Part shown: one piece after another, positions 36,248 through 49,500 of the stretch
Numbering within the stretch: the stretch's first letter is position 1
Layout of the letters: each line of letters starts with the position of its first letter
Assembly (NCBI RefSeq): GCF_001194135.2
Contig: NC_068987.1
Location: forward strand, 48,488,615 to 48,552,614
DNA length: 64,000 nt
Direction: 5' to 3'
Source: Octopus bimaculoides
Taxonomy: Eukaryota
Program-made: the position numbers and the translations under genes
The notes under the pieces: generated by a model
The model's database searches: none
The model's input: only the letters and a program-made list of their open reading frames with translations
What the model was told of the DNA's origin: nothing

Positions 36248-38846
36248 TATATAATGGGCATCTTTAAGTTTCCATCTACCAAATTCACTCGTGAGGCCTT
36301 GGTTGGTCTGAGGCTATAGTAGAAGACACTCTTTGAAGTATAGAGCTGAATTTTGTGTAGCCACCTGCAGGCAACTTTTCTTCCCCAGCCATTTTGTAGG
36401 GGATATTACTCAGTTTTCTGGACTCTTTTCACAGCTATACCCCATTCCAAATGTGCATTAGTTTTTGTATGAAAAAAAAAAGGAAGAGAGGGGGACTTGT
36501 TTGTAGAGAAAATGTTAAACGTGCCTGAAAAAAACACATGGTCTTTCCTCCCAACTAAAAGATATGAAGAACTATGGAAGAAGGCGAATAAGTACTGGGA
36601 GTGGGGGAAAGAATAGAGAACTAACACTCAATCATTCTAGAACTCGCAGAATAAAACGTAAACACCCAAAAGACTTTCCCTCTATTCATTACTAAATGTC
36701 TTTCCTTCTTCTTCATTGTTAAAAGTAAAGAAGCTAGAAAAGACCAATCATATTTCAGTCTAATTGTCATTGTAAATGACTGATGCTTTCCTTTCTCTGT
36801 CTCTATCACTTCACTCCTTTTCTCCTTGGTTAAGAGAGTGAAGGTGCATGGCTCAGTGGTTAGGGGTATTTGGCCCATGATCGTAAAGTCATGAGTATGA
36901 TTCCGTGTTCTTGAGCAAGATAATCTACTTCACCTTGCTGCAGTCCACTTAACTGGCCAAAACGAGTTGTAGCTATAATTCAAAGGGGCCAACCTTGTCA
37001 CATTCTGTGAGGCTGAATTTCCCTGAGAATTATGTTACGGTATGAGTGTCTGTGGAGTACTCAGCCACTTGTGCGTTAATTTTATGAGCTGACAGTTCTG
37101 TCAATCAGATAAACAGGAACCTTGTTGTCATAACCAATGGAGTGTCATTTTTTAAAAAGAGTGAAAGAAAAGGAAATGTTCCATATCGTAAGGCAAAAAT
37201 GTCGTGTTTAGTATAAGCTGTGAAAGCTAAGACAAAATTATTGCTATTCTGTCGTGTATTCACCCTCGACTCATGCTCAGTTTGATAACAACAGCCTGCA
37301 CATCAGTGTTTATCTGTAAAACCCACAAATGCTGCTGTTAAGACTGAATTAGCACCCATAGTGACCCTAACAACTAAAAAAGATTTTCCTGCCCCTGTAT
37401 AGGATCTTTTTTCATTTTCTTCCAACCACTTGAAGGTTCATCTTGCTCCAGTCTACTCAGCTGGCCAAAATGAGTTGTAGCTGTAATTGAAAGGGGCCAG
37501 CCTTGTCATATTCTGTATGAGGCTGAATTGCCCTGAGAACTACGTTAATGGTATGCATGTCTGTGGAGTACTCAGCCACTTGCGAGTTAATTTTATCCTC
37601 ATATGGTAATGAAAAGTGAGTGACATCCAATATTTGCTGTAGTTATTTGTCTTTGATTTAACAATGTGTCTATGTATCAACTTTTCTTTTGATTTATGTG
37701 TCTACTTTTCTTGCAATATATATATCAGTCTATTCTGAAAATACTGATAAACATTTAAAAACAGAAAACGAACTGTCACCACTCACTGTCTCTCTCACTT
37801 CCTCTCTTCCGCTTTACCATTCACCTTTTCCTTTGAAGTGTGACACACACCACAGGTATGTATGTACGAAAATGAAATGCTGGCATATTAATATTACTGA
37901 TAAATATAATTTTTTAAAAATATAATTGCTCGATTTTATGATATGCAAGTATAGTATCCAAGTTGCTTGTTAAGTGACTTTTCAACACCAGAAAGCTGAG
38001 ACTGCAGGATTAAGTCCATTAATTTTGTTGCATCATCATTTTAATATCTACTTTTCCATACTTGCTTAAGTTGGACAGTTTATCAAGGTAAATTTCCTAG
38101 GGCTGGATGGCCTTCCTGTTGTCAATTCTCACCTGTTTCCAAATAAGGCAATATTTTCGCTTGGCCCAAACATGTTTTCCATGAAAGGCTGAAACAGTAT
38201 CACTGGTATGAGTGATGCTTGTTTTACAAACTATCATGTGATATCAAGACAAGGGTACACACAAGCATTCATATATTTCCCTATGGCCAGACATGTTTTT
38301 GCAAAATATTGGTTTCAAATTTTGGTACAGGGCTAGCAATTTCAGGGCTGGGAGGAAGTCAATTACATTGATCTCAGTACTCAACTGGTACTTATTTTAT
38401 TGACCCCTAAAAGAATGAAAGGCAAAGTCGACCTAATCGGAATTTTAACTTAATACACAGACAGACATAATGCCATTAAGCATTTTGCCTGGCATGTTAA
38501 CAATTCTGTCAGCTTGCCTTTTTGTAGAATATTGAAAGTGAATGACACTGCTTACTTGATACAATAACACTTATTACAAATATCACATGATGTCAAGACA
38601 AGGAAACATATATTTATGCATGATGGGCTTCTTTTAGTTTCTGTCTACCAAAACCACACACAAGGATTTTCAGCTATGGGCTTGTTTGGCCTTGAGTTGA
38701 AGTTCCCCAAGTACCACGCAGTGAGACTGAACTAAAAAAAAAAAAACCCGAAAATTATGTAGTGAGAAGCAAACTTCTTTACCAAATATCCATGACTGCA
38801 CCTATATACATTAATTCAAATCAAAATTTGTAGATTGATTCCGAAT

Positions 38847-38968
38847 AAATTATTTGGCGCAAGTAAAGAATACGTACACTCGGTGTTTAGGGTTAAGGGT
38901 TAGGATTAGGGTTTTTGTTATGTCGAAAGTGGGTGGTGTACGTATTCTTTACCTCCGCCAATTATTTT
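38847..38968. mobile_element. ~120-bp MITE-like element with TIRs enclosing telomere-like TTAGGG repeats
   Basis: TTGGCGCAAGTAAAGAATACGTACAC versus GTGTACGTATTCTTTACCTCCGCCAA (24/26 complementary). The core is TTAGGGTTAAGGGTTAGGATTAGGG. Confidence 0.75.
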
Positions 38969-40079
38969 AAACAATTTAAGCACATAGCACTTAGAGAAAA
39001 TACTTTCCACCTTAAATCTGAACTGTACTTTTGATGAGTCCCTTTCATCAAGCAGTGCAATTTTCTTAAAAGAAACCGAACTGCCGTTGAGTTAATTAGT
39101 GGAAACGGAGCCCCTCTAGAAAATGAAGATCATAATTCATCCAACAAGAGTATTGTTTTTATATTACCACCTTGACTCAATGTTATCCTCTTTTATTTTC
39201 TTATAAGTGAGCTTAGATGGTGCGATATGGCAGTATCCTGAAGAAAGACAAACATGTGTTCGAAATAAGGCGACTAGATTTCAACTGTTATCGTCAAGCA
39301 GAATGAAGATGTGACACATGTTTCATTTACAGAACAGGAAAGCTTTTTCAATATTTAATTGATGCCAACATCAAGTTTGAAGGATGCTGTTTACAGTTTA
39401 TAAGAAAAATAATCTCTGGACTGGTGGATCATTGTTCAGAATTTATTATAGTGTTGCAAACACTAATACTTATTTAGTTGGTAATTTTTCAATAACCTAA
39501 ATTTGTTGTCTAGCTGATTATCATATAAATCTTTTAACCAAATAAAACAGTGTTATGGTGATTTTTAAATTTACGCATTCAAATTAAAGCGTATAAAACG
39601 TGAAAATTCCTCACTAGTATTAAATAATTAAGTGAATAATATTATGAAAACGGGAACCCAATGTATTCAATCATTCAAACATTTCTTATTTTATAGGTTT
39701 TTAACTTTTAAAATTCATGTGTGTAACAACATTCGTATAACATTTATGTCACGAAATGATCGTAAACAAAATAGTAGCGACATATTCGTAATTTAAAGGA
39801 ATATATATATCAGCGATCATGAATCCGGAATTCATATTCAAACACTGGGAAATAGATACTGAAGCTAATTTAATTTGCACGTAAGTTTCTATATGTAAAT
39901 GTATGGTTAATTCGAATGAATGGCGAGGAAGAAATATTAGAGCACCTGCTGTTAATAGTACATTGGGGAGTAAAACAAGTTTTTTAACAAGAATTGCAAT
40001 CAATAATTAGAGGACTTCATAACAATGAACTTGAGTGGAATTCCGCATATTTTGTTAAGCAAAAGATAAACAGCCTTAC

Positions 40080-40162
40080 CTAATTACACATGTTTCTTAT
40101 TAAACCTGTCTGCTATTGCTGTGGGATGAAAAAATTTCTAAAGTAACCATGTGACTTCCGGT
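40080..40162 (-). promoter_or_regulatory. Candidate promoter / non-coding first exon of the metallophosphoesterase gene
   Basis: ETS core ACCGGAAGT (40162-40154) directly abuts an E-box-like GTCACATG. The region is CpG-retaining and unique. A donor AG|gtaagg lies at 40080/40079. Coding exon 1 begins with an acceptor, so an upstream exon is required. Confidence 0.4.
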
Positions 40163-40489
40163 TGGTCTTTAAACAGCGGTGCTATCTCCCACTTGGGATA
40201 TGTTTCCTGCGTGCATTTTTTATTTATTGTCTTAATTTATAGGAAGCACAACGCCTAATACTGTTCGATTTTTTAATATAAGGACAAATGTTCCATATTT
40301 TGGATGATTGGGAAGTGTGATCGCAATATCGGAGTATAACGTATCGTTTTTAACTGCAGCAAAAATCGTTTTACATCCTGTAGGGCAGTGTGTCGTTGGC
40401 TCCAACCAAGGGTTTTATTCCTACTTCACGTCTGACAATTTCAAATTGTCCATGCTTAAAATTGTGAATAATATAAAGCAGAAGTGTAC

Positions 40490-41370
40490 AATTCAGGTAC
40501 TGTTCAGTACTTACTTGTATAAAATTGTTTTAAGCCTAGTGAGATGGATAACATTCTGTCAATACTAGGAGCTTGTTCACAGGTCCTTTTCCACTAGTAC
40601 AATTAATTTGTCATGTGTGGTACAGCACTTCGACAGTTGTAGCTAATAGTAACAGACAGGGTCAAATTTTGCAGTAAGTTCCCTCCAGTGTGCATCAAGC
40701 TTGTTCTTGAAGGCATTGACTCATGGAGCTGCAACCACACTGTTTGGAAGACTGTTCCAGGTGGTAGTCACACGCTGTATGAAAAAGCAGCTTCTAATGT
40801 TGAGCCTGCAGTGTGATCTTTCCAATTTCAGGCTGTGTCCTTTTGTACTTCTGCCTTGGAAGTAGTTGAATTGGGGGCGGTTGGTCAGGTACAGGCCATG
40901 CATATACTTGTACATGTTGATCATATTCCCCCTGAGATGGCGATGTTCGAGACTAGGCAAGTTTCGTGCAGCCAAGTGCTCTGGGTATGGCTTTTCTTTC
41001 AAGGATGCAATGAGTTTGGTGGCACGCCTCTGAACTTCCTCCAACTCGCAACACATTGCCAAACTGTGTGTCCATATTCAAGAATCGGGTGAACTAGAGA
41101 CTTTTACAGCTGGACGAAGACAACAAGGGTGATGAAGTCAAATGATCGTTGGATGACTCCAAGGATTCGATTTGCTTTTACAGTTGCTTGGTTTATGTGG
41201 TTCCTGAAAGTCAACCCTTTGTCGATCAAGACGCCAAGATCCCCCTCTACCGCACTTTCTGCTAGCTCAATCACAGTCTGTTCCCCCTGTGCATCATGGC
41301 CACTCATGTAGTATTTCCTGTCCGTCTTCGGGTTCCCCACTCTCAAGATGGAGTTCTTTAGCATGTCTAA
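40490..41370 (-). mobile_element. CR1-clade LINE 3' fragment
   Basis: EGDLGVLIDKGLTFRNHINQATVKANRILGVIQRSF; ELEEVQRRATKLI..LPSLEHRHLRGNMINMYK..GHSLKL..RVTTTWNSLP. Confidence 0.9.
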
Positions 41371-41747
41371 AACTTTCCACAAATAAAGCCTATAAATACA
41401 GTCAATAAAGGCACCAATTTTGCAGAGTGTCAAGATGTCCAAGCTGGTATGATGTTCTCCACTCTTGCTTTGAATTACAATCTCTCAATTGCTGTTCTGA
41501 CAGCTGCATATTTAATTGAAAATATCAAAGAAGACATGACGACACCTGTATATTCACTGAATATGACAAAACCAAGCCCAAGTGTTAAACATTTTCCTTA
41601 CATGTCATATGTTATTTCCACTTTACTGTTTCCATTAATTGCATGAACATCTTTTTATACTAATGCAACACAATAAATAATGTTGAAATGCTTACAGTGC
41701 TGTGAAATTACTACATGAATTTTTCTGTTAACTTGGTTTTATATGGG

Positions 41748-42602
41748 AACTAGCAGAAATATCCAGTGTTGCCTGGATTAAAGAAAATAATGAAATTCGA
41801 AAATGCCTTTTAGATCTCTAACATGACACATGGATTATGCAGTTCTCAACAGTAATTAGCTGAGGTACAAACTATTAATGTTAATAACATATTTTGTCCA
41901 ATGTTCTCACTGTTAAAATTGTTAAAAAAAGACAGGTAGCTCTTTGTCTTTGCAATCACCTTCAATTGTCAGTACTTATTTGAAACACATTGAACCTGAA
42001 AATGCATAAACTTGAGAAGAACCAGCCTGCAGGCACTCCTCTCCTGTTAAAAAGTACATCAACTCCATGCAAAATACATTTAAATGAGCATTCATTATAA
42101 CGGCATTCCCACATGCATTCTTTTCAAGTTATTTCGATGTTACACTCGCTTGCCCTAAGCCTTATTGCACGCAAATGGAGAAAACGTTCACTGCGTATAT
42201 ATCGATCGCTGTACGCCAGTGTCTAACAGCTTTAGCTTTTTAATGCACAAAAAATTGAAATTATTTTTTTTCTGTGCCTCTGATTAAAATTTTCGAAAAA
42301 CAAACCCAGCCACATTACTTGGAAAAAAATAATCTTTATTGTGCTGGTTTTTCGTAAAATTTCGCGCATGGGAAAGGCAACAAAATCACCCCTCCCCACT
42401 TTGAATGGGATATTCCTATCTTAAAAAGTAATAATCGATTATCTCAGTAACCATGGGAGTTGGAGGGCAATAAAAATCTCCTGAACATGAGCGGACCATG
42501 CTGCCGCTCTGCTGAATTTCACGCTATTCCACTGCACCATTCTCGAGTGAATCTGCCGACACTCAATCAATCAATCAAGAACACTGCAATTTATAGTATA
42601 GA
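41748..42602 (+). mobile_element. Probable Helentron-associated (HINE-like) element
   Basis: Starts ACTAGCAGAAATATCCAGTGTTGCCTGG (short subterminal IR) and ends TTTATAGTATAGA, with a CpG-retaining interior. Classified from recalled terminal patterns. Confidence 0.4.
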
Positions 42603-43039
42603 CAATATGCAGCCTAAACAATATCCAATCACCCATCAAAACCCTGTTATACATCTTTTGTAAGGTTGGTGTAAGAAATGACAAAGTTGGCAACAATAGA
42701 TAACTTACATCCATGTGATGCTTCTCTGGAGAGAACCTTGCTTTTGTGAAAATAATTTTGTATTGAGTGCGAGCAGATGGTCAACAATTTCAGTTACTAG
42801 GAATTGAAGCTTGCTACTTTGAAGAAATTAGTCTAACACAGAAACATTTTTTGTAAAAAGAGGCCCTTGGGGATCAACAAAAGTAATAGCTCTCTGAACT
42901 TAGTCCAACCTATTCTTATTCTTGCAACCATGCTTTCAGAGCAACCTCCTCCACTAGGTGACCAACCTAGCTTGGTCACCTAGGTAATGAAAACTATCTA
43001 CCACATCCAAGGGTCCCTCAGTACAATTGAGGAAAAGTC

Positions 43040-43730
43040 CTTAGTGTTCATTGTACCTGCACATTTACGGACTAATTTCTGTTAACCTTCCTGTGATTCC
43101 ACTGCACCTCTTATGTGTCCGTCACTTGCACTGGGTACTCCAAGTGGAATTTCTACATTTTGAACAGGGCCATTTCTCTCAAGGGATTATTAGTAATTTG
43201 TGTGCTTTACTGCTTACTAGTACTTTGATATTTGCTAAATTATTTCTTAGGTCCTTTAGATTCCAGTCCTTGCTTCCACACCTGAAGTTTCTTCTCTTAC
43301 TCTAGTGGAGAGAATCAGCTATAAGAACAATGTCATTGGTATAGAGGAGCTCCCAAGGGCAACCAGTTTTAAACTGCCTGGAGGACTATGATAAACAAGA
43401 GTCTGAGGACTGATTCTTGGTGAGATCCTATCTGCACACTAAATTCAGACATTGTCCCTCTACATGGTTTGGATTGCTCTCAACAACTACTCTTCTATCC
43501 CAAGCTTCTGCATCACCACCAGATATGTGACCCTGTCAAAGGCTTTTTCTATATCAACAGATGCCAAGTACAGCAGTTTAATTTTTACTAGGTGCTTCTG
43601 CTGCAGTTGCTTTACTAGGATGATAGTAGTACTTCTCCTTGGCACAAAACCAAACTGCATCTCATCTAAGTTAATCCTAATGGTGCTGTAGAAATTTGAC
43701 CATCTGAACAACAGCTAAACATAACTTTGA
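43040..43730 (-). mobile_element. RTE-clade LINE fragment (RT region)
   Basis: LDEMQFGFVPRRSTT..VKQLQQKHL..LYLASVDIEKAFDRV. Homologous to 32200-32900. Confidence 0.85.
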
Positions 43731-44066
43731 ATATCCTCTCTTCTGGAATTTATCATTATCTAGTAAGATAACTTCGACCCTAATGTTCAAGGCAAAATTG
43801 ACCTTGGTGGGAACTGAGCTTAGAATAATAATTATAATAATCCTTTCTACTATTGACACAAGGCCTGAAATTTCAGAGGAGTGGGGCTAGTCAATTATAT
43901 TGACGCCAGTAATCAATTGGTACTTATTTTATTGACTCTGAAAGGATGAAAGGTAAAGTCAACCTCAGTGGCATTTGAACTCAAAATTCAAAACCAGAGG
44001 GAATGTGCCTTATCTGGCATAATAGCAATTTTGCCTGCTTGCTGTTTTAATAATAATAATAATAAT

Positions 44067-44975
44067 AAAAATAAGAGCACTCAGAGAGTGCAAAATTCTG
44101 CCAAGGGAACACCAACATCCTCTCAACGATTAGCCAGAGATGATTTTTTAAATGAGAATATCTGAAATAAATTCGACTGTTCTCGCAAACGGGAATACTG
44201 AAAATGAACCCGACCGCTCTCAAAAATTAAGTAAAAAAACCAGAATCCTTGTCCAGTACCTGATCGATCCCAATGGTAGTCATGGAATGTGAAGGGGGCT
44301 GTATAAAATTTAGTAACAATAATAAATAGTTTATACTTATCTAATACAAGCCTAAGTTAACAAATCCACCATTCAAAATAGTTTCAAAGGCAGAGGTAAT
44401 AATAAATTCTACTCAAGAATTTTTTAATGCATAGCATGAGACCTTTTGGTTTTCTCTTCTATTAAATTCCAGCCTTCCTTTTAATATTCCTGTTGTTTTA
44501 GATCAATGTATAGATATATGTATATCTGTAAGTATACTGTAACGTGTTAATATGTATAATATATATATTATAAAAATATGTTTGTGCTATTTAATTTCTG
44601 AACAGTGTTGCTGCCATTTGTTTATGTAGTTTGATTTCTTTATCCATCAGTTTCTACTAAGATAGAGACACGAGTAAAATTAATAATAGAGAAACGAAAA
44701 TAAAACTTTGGGAACAGCCTAAAGGGAGATAACTGAGAAAGACTCGAAAGTCAACATAAGATCATGTAAAGTAAAGTAAATATAACAAATAATCCAGAAT
44801 CCTTCTCGGGTACCAGATTGATCTCAAAATCTAATCAGTTTGTGCCAGTCACGAGGCCAAACATTCCTAAAAGTTTCATCTGAATCCATTAAGCAGCTCG
44901 AGATATCTTGTCCATGGACAAACAAACGAACATGACTGAAAACAATACCCCAGCCTTTGCTAAGGTGGAGGTAAC
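44067..44975 (+). mobile_element. Non-autonomous DNA element pieces (Helentron/MITE-like) with subterminal IRs
   Basis: AAGAGCACTCAGAGAGTGCAAAATTCTGCCAAGG at the start; CCAGCCTTTGCTAAGGTGGAGGTAAC at the end. An internal ccagaatcctt..tacc.gat segment is repeated at ~44230 and ~44794. Confidence 0.4.
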
Positions 44976-45019
44976 AATAAAGTATTGATATGAGGTTACA
45001 GGTGCTTGGTACCAACATA

Positions 45020-45515
45020 CATAGGAAAAGGTAATGGACAAAGAGGGGAAGGCAAAAATCATCTGGGACTTTAACTTCCAGACAGACAAGATATTAGAAG
45101 GCTAGATATAGTAACCTTTAGGAGAGACAAACAAGAGTGCCTAATAATTGATGTGGCAGTGCCAGGAGATCAACATATCATCATGAAAGAAAGAGAAAAG
45201 GTTGACAAATATGGAGACCTGAGAATTGAGATCGCTAAGATGTGGCAACTATGAGAGTCAAACATAAAGGTTATCCCTATTGTCATCGGAGCATTGGGTT
45301 CAATACCACCTAATCTAAAAATTTAGAAATACCCAACAATCTAGGTGTATTGCAAAAGTCGGCATCATTTGGAACTGCATTCATATTGCATAAAGTACTG
45401 TCTGAGGTCCTTGTGACTTGACAAACAGCACAAACCTCTGGCAGGTACAATATCTTCAATTAACAACCTCAGGATATTGTATACTGTGTAACGTCTACAA
45501 AAAAATAATAATAGG
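45020..45515 (+). mobile_element. RLE-type (R4/Dong-like) non-LTR retrotransposon 3' end
   Basis: KIIWDFNFQTDK..DIV..CLIIDVAVPGD..KEREKVDKYGDLRIEIAKMW..VIPIVIGALG, a restriction-like endonuclease PD-(D/E)xK domain. Ends in AATAATAAT. Confidence 0.88.
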
Positions 45516-45529
45516 TTTCTTAAACATTC

Positions 45530-45695
45530 TCTAGAACAATACTATGCACAAAACCAAATATATGGCACCCTAGGCATAACACCAACATGAACTTCTAACT
45601 TGTTGTCTCTTGAGGTCTCTGGATGAGACTTGGGAGTCAACTTGTACAAATGCAAAGCAAAAGTCAAACATAAAATAATAATAATAATAATAATA
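45530..45695 (+). mobile_element. Short 3' end of another probable RLE-type LINE ending in (AAT)n
   Basis: 3'-UTR-like segment terminating in AAAATAATAATAATAATAAT, placed directly after the 45020-45515 element. Confidence 0.45.
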
Positions 45696-46008
45696 AGAAG
45701 ACGAAGAAGAAAATGAAGTAAAATAAATAAAGGGAAGAAGTTTGTTAAAGGCAATAAAAACAATTCATAGTTTTTGAGTGAAGAAACATTACAAGTGAAA
45801 ATTTTGTGCTCAGAAAGTGAATTTATAAATAAAAAGAGTTTAACACCAAAACCCTTCTATTAAATTTTAATGTAATTACTGAAATGCATATCCTTATTGA
45901 AACATTTTCTTACATGGGTAGACATTGGAACCAGAAGCTGCCATTTGACTTGTTGGATCCTGTTGAAACCAATGCATATCAACATAGAAAATGGACATTA
46001 ATTGATGA

Positions 46009-46036
46009 TGGTGGTGGTGGTGGTGGTGGTGGTGGT
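46009..46036. repeat. (GGT)n microsatellite
   Basis: Direct. Confidence 0.95.
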
Positions 46037-47944
46037 AACAAGAAGAAACATTGGAGTGAAGATGTCTATAAATATATGACAAAATTGAAATGCTGAAGCT
46101 TACTGTTCCATCATGTTTTCCTCAGACTTAACATTCAAATACTGGATTTTAAAAACTTCTGGACCAAAATACATAAGCAAAAGGAGCAAACTTATATTTT
46201 CTAGACTACAAATGTACACTTTGGGTTATAGGGGAAGGAAAAGAGACCAGTCTCGTATAACATACCCTTCTAAAAGGAAGAAGTAAAACTCTAAATCTAT
46301 CAGCTGTGAACAAATCTACACAGGCTCCAGCCACTATTGTACCAAGTGACTGACATCATTCGTAGAGCTGAATTGTGCCACATGTCCTGGTTGTGTCTTT
46401 TTGCTTTACATTGCCAAATTCAGTTAAATTGTGCATAGAATGGTTCCTAAAGAGACTGAAGTAGAACTCACCTAGCACTGAGACTGTATTGAAACTAAAG
46501 CATTTACAGTGTAGAAGATCCATTTTAGCAAATTAACAACACACCAAAATTGTTATATTTACTTTCAAAATAAATATATTTCAGGAAGTACCAAACATTC
46601 TGTTGCACAACTGTAACTTAGTCACATTTGTGCAATGGAATGTTTAATATTCATAAAATAAATTCAAAGTGAATTTAACAGTTTTGTGTGTTATTAAATG
46701 GTTAGAATAGCTCTTCCACAATGTAGTTGCTTTTATCACCATCATCTTCATCACTTAATGCCATGTTCTGTGCTGGCATGGGCGGGATGGTTTGACATGA
46801 TCTAATGGGCCCAAGAACTACTTCATGCTCCAATCTACTTTGGCATGATTTCTATGGCTGGATGCCCTTCCTAATGCCAACTACTTTACAGCATATACTG
46901 GATGCTTTTTGTGTGTCACCAACACTAGCAAGGTTGTCAGGCTGCTTGAAGAATATAAGCCCCAAGGAGACAACTTTCTGCTAGGAGATGAGGAGTAAAA
47001 GTATGAGCTAAGGGTCCAGAGCAGAAACTTCTTGTTACAGATTAGAGGAGCTACATAACTATTTGCACTTTAGAAGAGGTAGTGGGAGTGATTGGGTGAA
47101 GTTGGAAAAAAGATAAAAATAGTAGTGATGAAGTGTCTGGGTGGCCTCTAAGTACAAGATGTGTAAGAAGTGAGTGGGAATGAGGGACCAGGAGTGTAAA
47201 TGTTTGAGGGTCAGGGCAAGTAGGTGATAATTGTAAAGAGTGTGTAGGGAGGACAGATGGAATGAATTGTGGATGTGCAATGATGAATGAGTAAGGGGAT
47301 GTAGGGGAGGAATAGGAAATGACAGATGGTGAAGAGCAGCAGAATAGTAAAGATGACAAAGTAGACAGAAGGATGTGGAAGATGAAATGCGATTAGCTGG
47401 ATTGCAGGAGTGAGGGAGGGATGCAGGCATAGTGTATGAAGAGTGTAAGAGACATATGGTGGTGGAGGAGGAGAGAATTTGATGGCTCATTGATTGGAAT
47501 GATCAATGAAAGTGTGGGTAGAGAACAGTATTAATGAATGAAAGATGGATAATAAGAAAAAGTTATTTATGATATATCGAAAAATATGTTGCAATGCTTC
47601 AAGTGAATTATCATGCTCTTCTAACTTTATATGGTTTTTTTATGTGGTAATTATCAACATCTAACACTTTTGTTTATTTCTAACTTGGTTCATTGTAGAA
47701 TAAAAAATTTTTGGAGTACCATAACATCCCATAGCAAATTAATTCAGCATAGAATCAGCAGAGCCAAGCAAAAAGGTCCCTAACCTAGAGATATAGGTAA
47801 GTATACACAGAGATGGTATGCATGCAGCTTGCTAGCTCAGTAGTTCAGAACAGATTCTGTTGTATTAGCTGTAGAAGAAGCATAACAACAATGATGGTAA
47901 CAATCAGTCCCATTGACTTCGATGTGTTTGAAGGAAAGGATTAA

Positions 47945-48560
47945 AAATTTATAAAAAAAAGATGCTGCATCCATTTGTGATGGATGCAGGAATGTAATTT
48001 GAGTTCAGGTATGGATTTTGCTATGAAGTCACAATGGGGACAATGATAATTTTGATTTTGCCTGGGAATGAACAAATGTGTCTGTTGATTATAGAATATA
48101 GTTCTTTCATTGATCTGTATCTTCAACTCAAATTGTTTAGATGCACCATGACACATTTCAGGTTTCTCTGATCAATTGAGGCAATAACTTTCCAAAGATG
48201 TTAAATTAAGCTGTAGGGATTTTACTGACTGTTCCAACTTATCCTTATACCATAGCAGGGATTTTCTTTTGCTGCAGAATTGGCTATACAAAAGAATTTT
48301 CGGAATGTGATCATCATACATTCAAACAGCATGCTTACCTGCACCAAATTCTCAACAACATGCTTTTAATCCTGGTTATATCACATTTTTATGAAACTTA
48401 TCCCACCATTTTATGCTGCAGATATTATGTAGACAGCATATGCGAAAGGTTTAAAGTTTCTTTATATGCTTGTAATAGGGAGTTCATGCTTCTGCCCCAT
48501 ACAAAATACAAGCTTTGTATATACTTATTTTAGTTTTCAAACTGATACCGTGTTTATTCC
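47945..48560 (-). mobile_element. RTE/BovB-like LINE 3' end with terminal C2H2 finger
   Basis: KISIYKACILYGAEA.. remnant, DDHIPKILLYSQF, and terminal YHCPHCDFIAKSIPELKLHSCIH, amid stops and frameshifts. Confidence 0.75.
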
Positions 48561-48609
48561 ACAAACAATGGAAAAGTTTTCCAAAAGAACTTGTAGCCTT
48601 AGATATTCA

Positions 48610-49500
48610 TCCTCGTTATCATCATTTAACATCCATTTTCCATGCTGGCATGGGTTGAACAGTTTGACCAGATTTGGCTCCAGTCTGATTTGGAATGGTT
48701 TCTATGGTTGGATGCCCTTTCAAACACCAACCACTTTACAGTGTGCTGATTGCTTTTACCTAGCACCGCACAAACACCAGCATCAGAGCTTTTTACGTGT
48801 CACTAGCACAGGACTCTTGCATGCCAATCCTCTTCACAGGGGGGATGACTTGAACACTTCTGCTGTGGAGTATGGATCTCCTTGAGTACAGCATGGCGCC
48901 AGGTATCTTGGTCCTTCATCATCTTATCTGAAAGGTTCAATGTCCTGAGGTTGTCCTTTATCCCATGTCTTCCTGGGTTTTCCCCTTCCACATGTTCCAT
49001 CAACTTTGAGAGATTGGCACTTCTTTATGGAGCTATTTGCATCCATCTGCATCACATGATCAACCCAGCACAGTCTTCTCTCTTGCACACAGCATCTATG
49101 CTGAGCTTCTCTCTCAATACACTTTGTTGAACATGCACATTACACATCCAGTGGAGCATACTAGTCTCATTCCTCTCTAACCTTTGCATATCCTCTACAT
49201 TCAGGGCCCACATCTCACTACCATGTAGAATTGTTTTCTGTATACATGCATCATACAATCTCCCTTTCCTTGGTGCGAGAAACCTTTTGTAGCTCTCTGA
49301 ATTTTTTTCCATTCTATTCTTATTCTAGCTGTTACACGCTCTGAACATCCTCCCCGGTCCCCTAAGTAGCAGAAATTATCTACCATTAATGAGCCACCAG
49401 GGCATTTGAAGGAATCAATTCCCCAGGTATCTATAGCTTTTATGGATCCTGTGCATCTCCCACACATGAACACTACTTTCCCTTCTAACATTGATTTCAT
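48610..49500 (-). mobile_element. RTE-clade LINE 3' fragment with tail
   Basis: KGRLYDACIQKTILHGSEMWALNVEDMQRLERNETSMLHWMC; VDNFCYLGD. Confidence 0.85.

Noticed and set aside
38886-38912. Chromosome end or true telomere
   Set aside because: Only four degenerate units, enclosed by inverted repeats in mid-window.
47051-47490. Ser/Pro/His-rich ORFs of 102 and 143 aa
   Set aside because: They arise from a purine/pyrimidine-biased tract and have no motifs or splice support. The tract may be a decayed retroelement UTR.
47699-47796. Plus-strand exon-like segment with a strong donor (AG|gtaagt)
   Set aside because: All three frames contain stops. It is not supportable as coding and there is no evidence for a UTR exon.
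47941-48156. Perfect C2H2 zinc finger suggesting a host zinc-finger gene
   Set aside because: It is the terminal finger of a decayed RTE/BovB-like LINE. The upstream sequence carries RTE post-RT motifs with stops.
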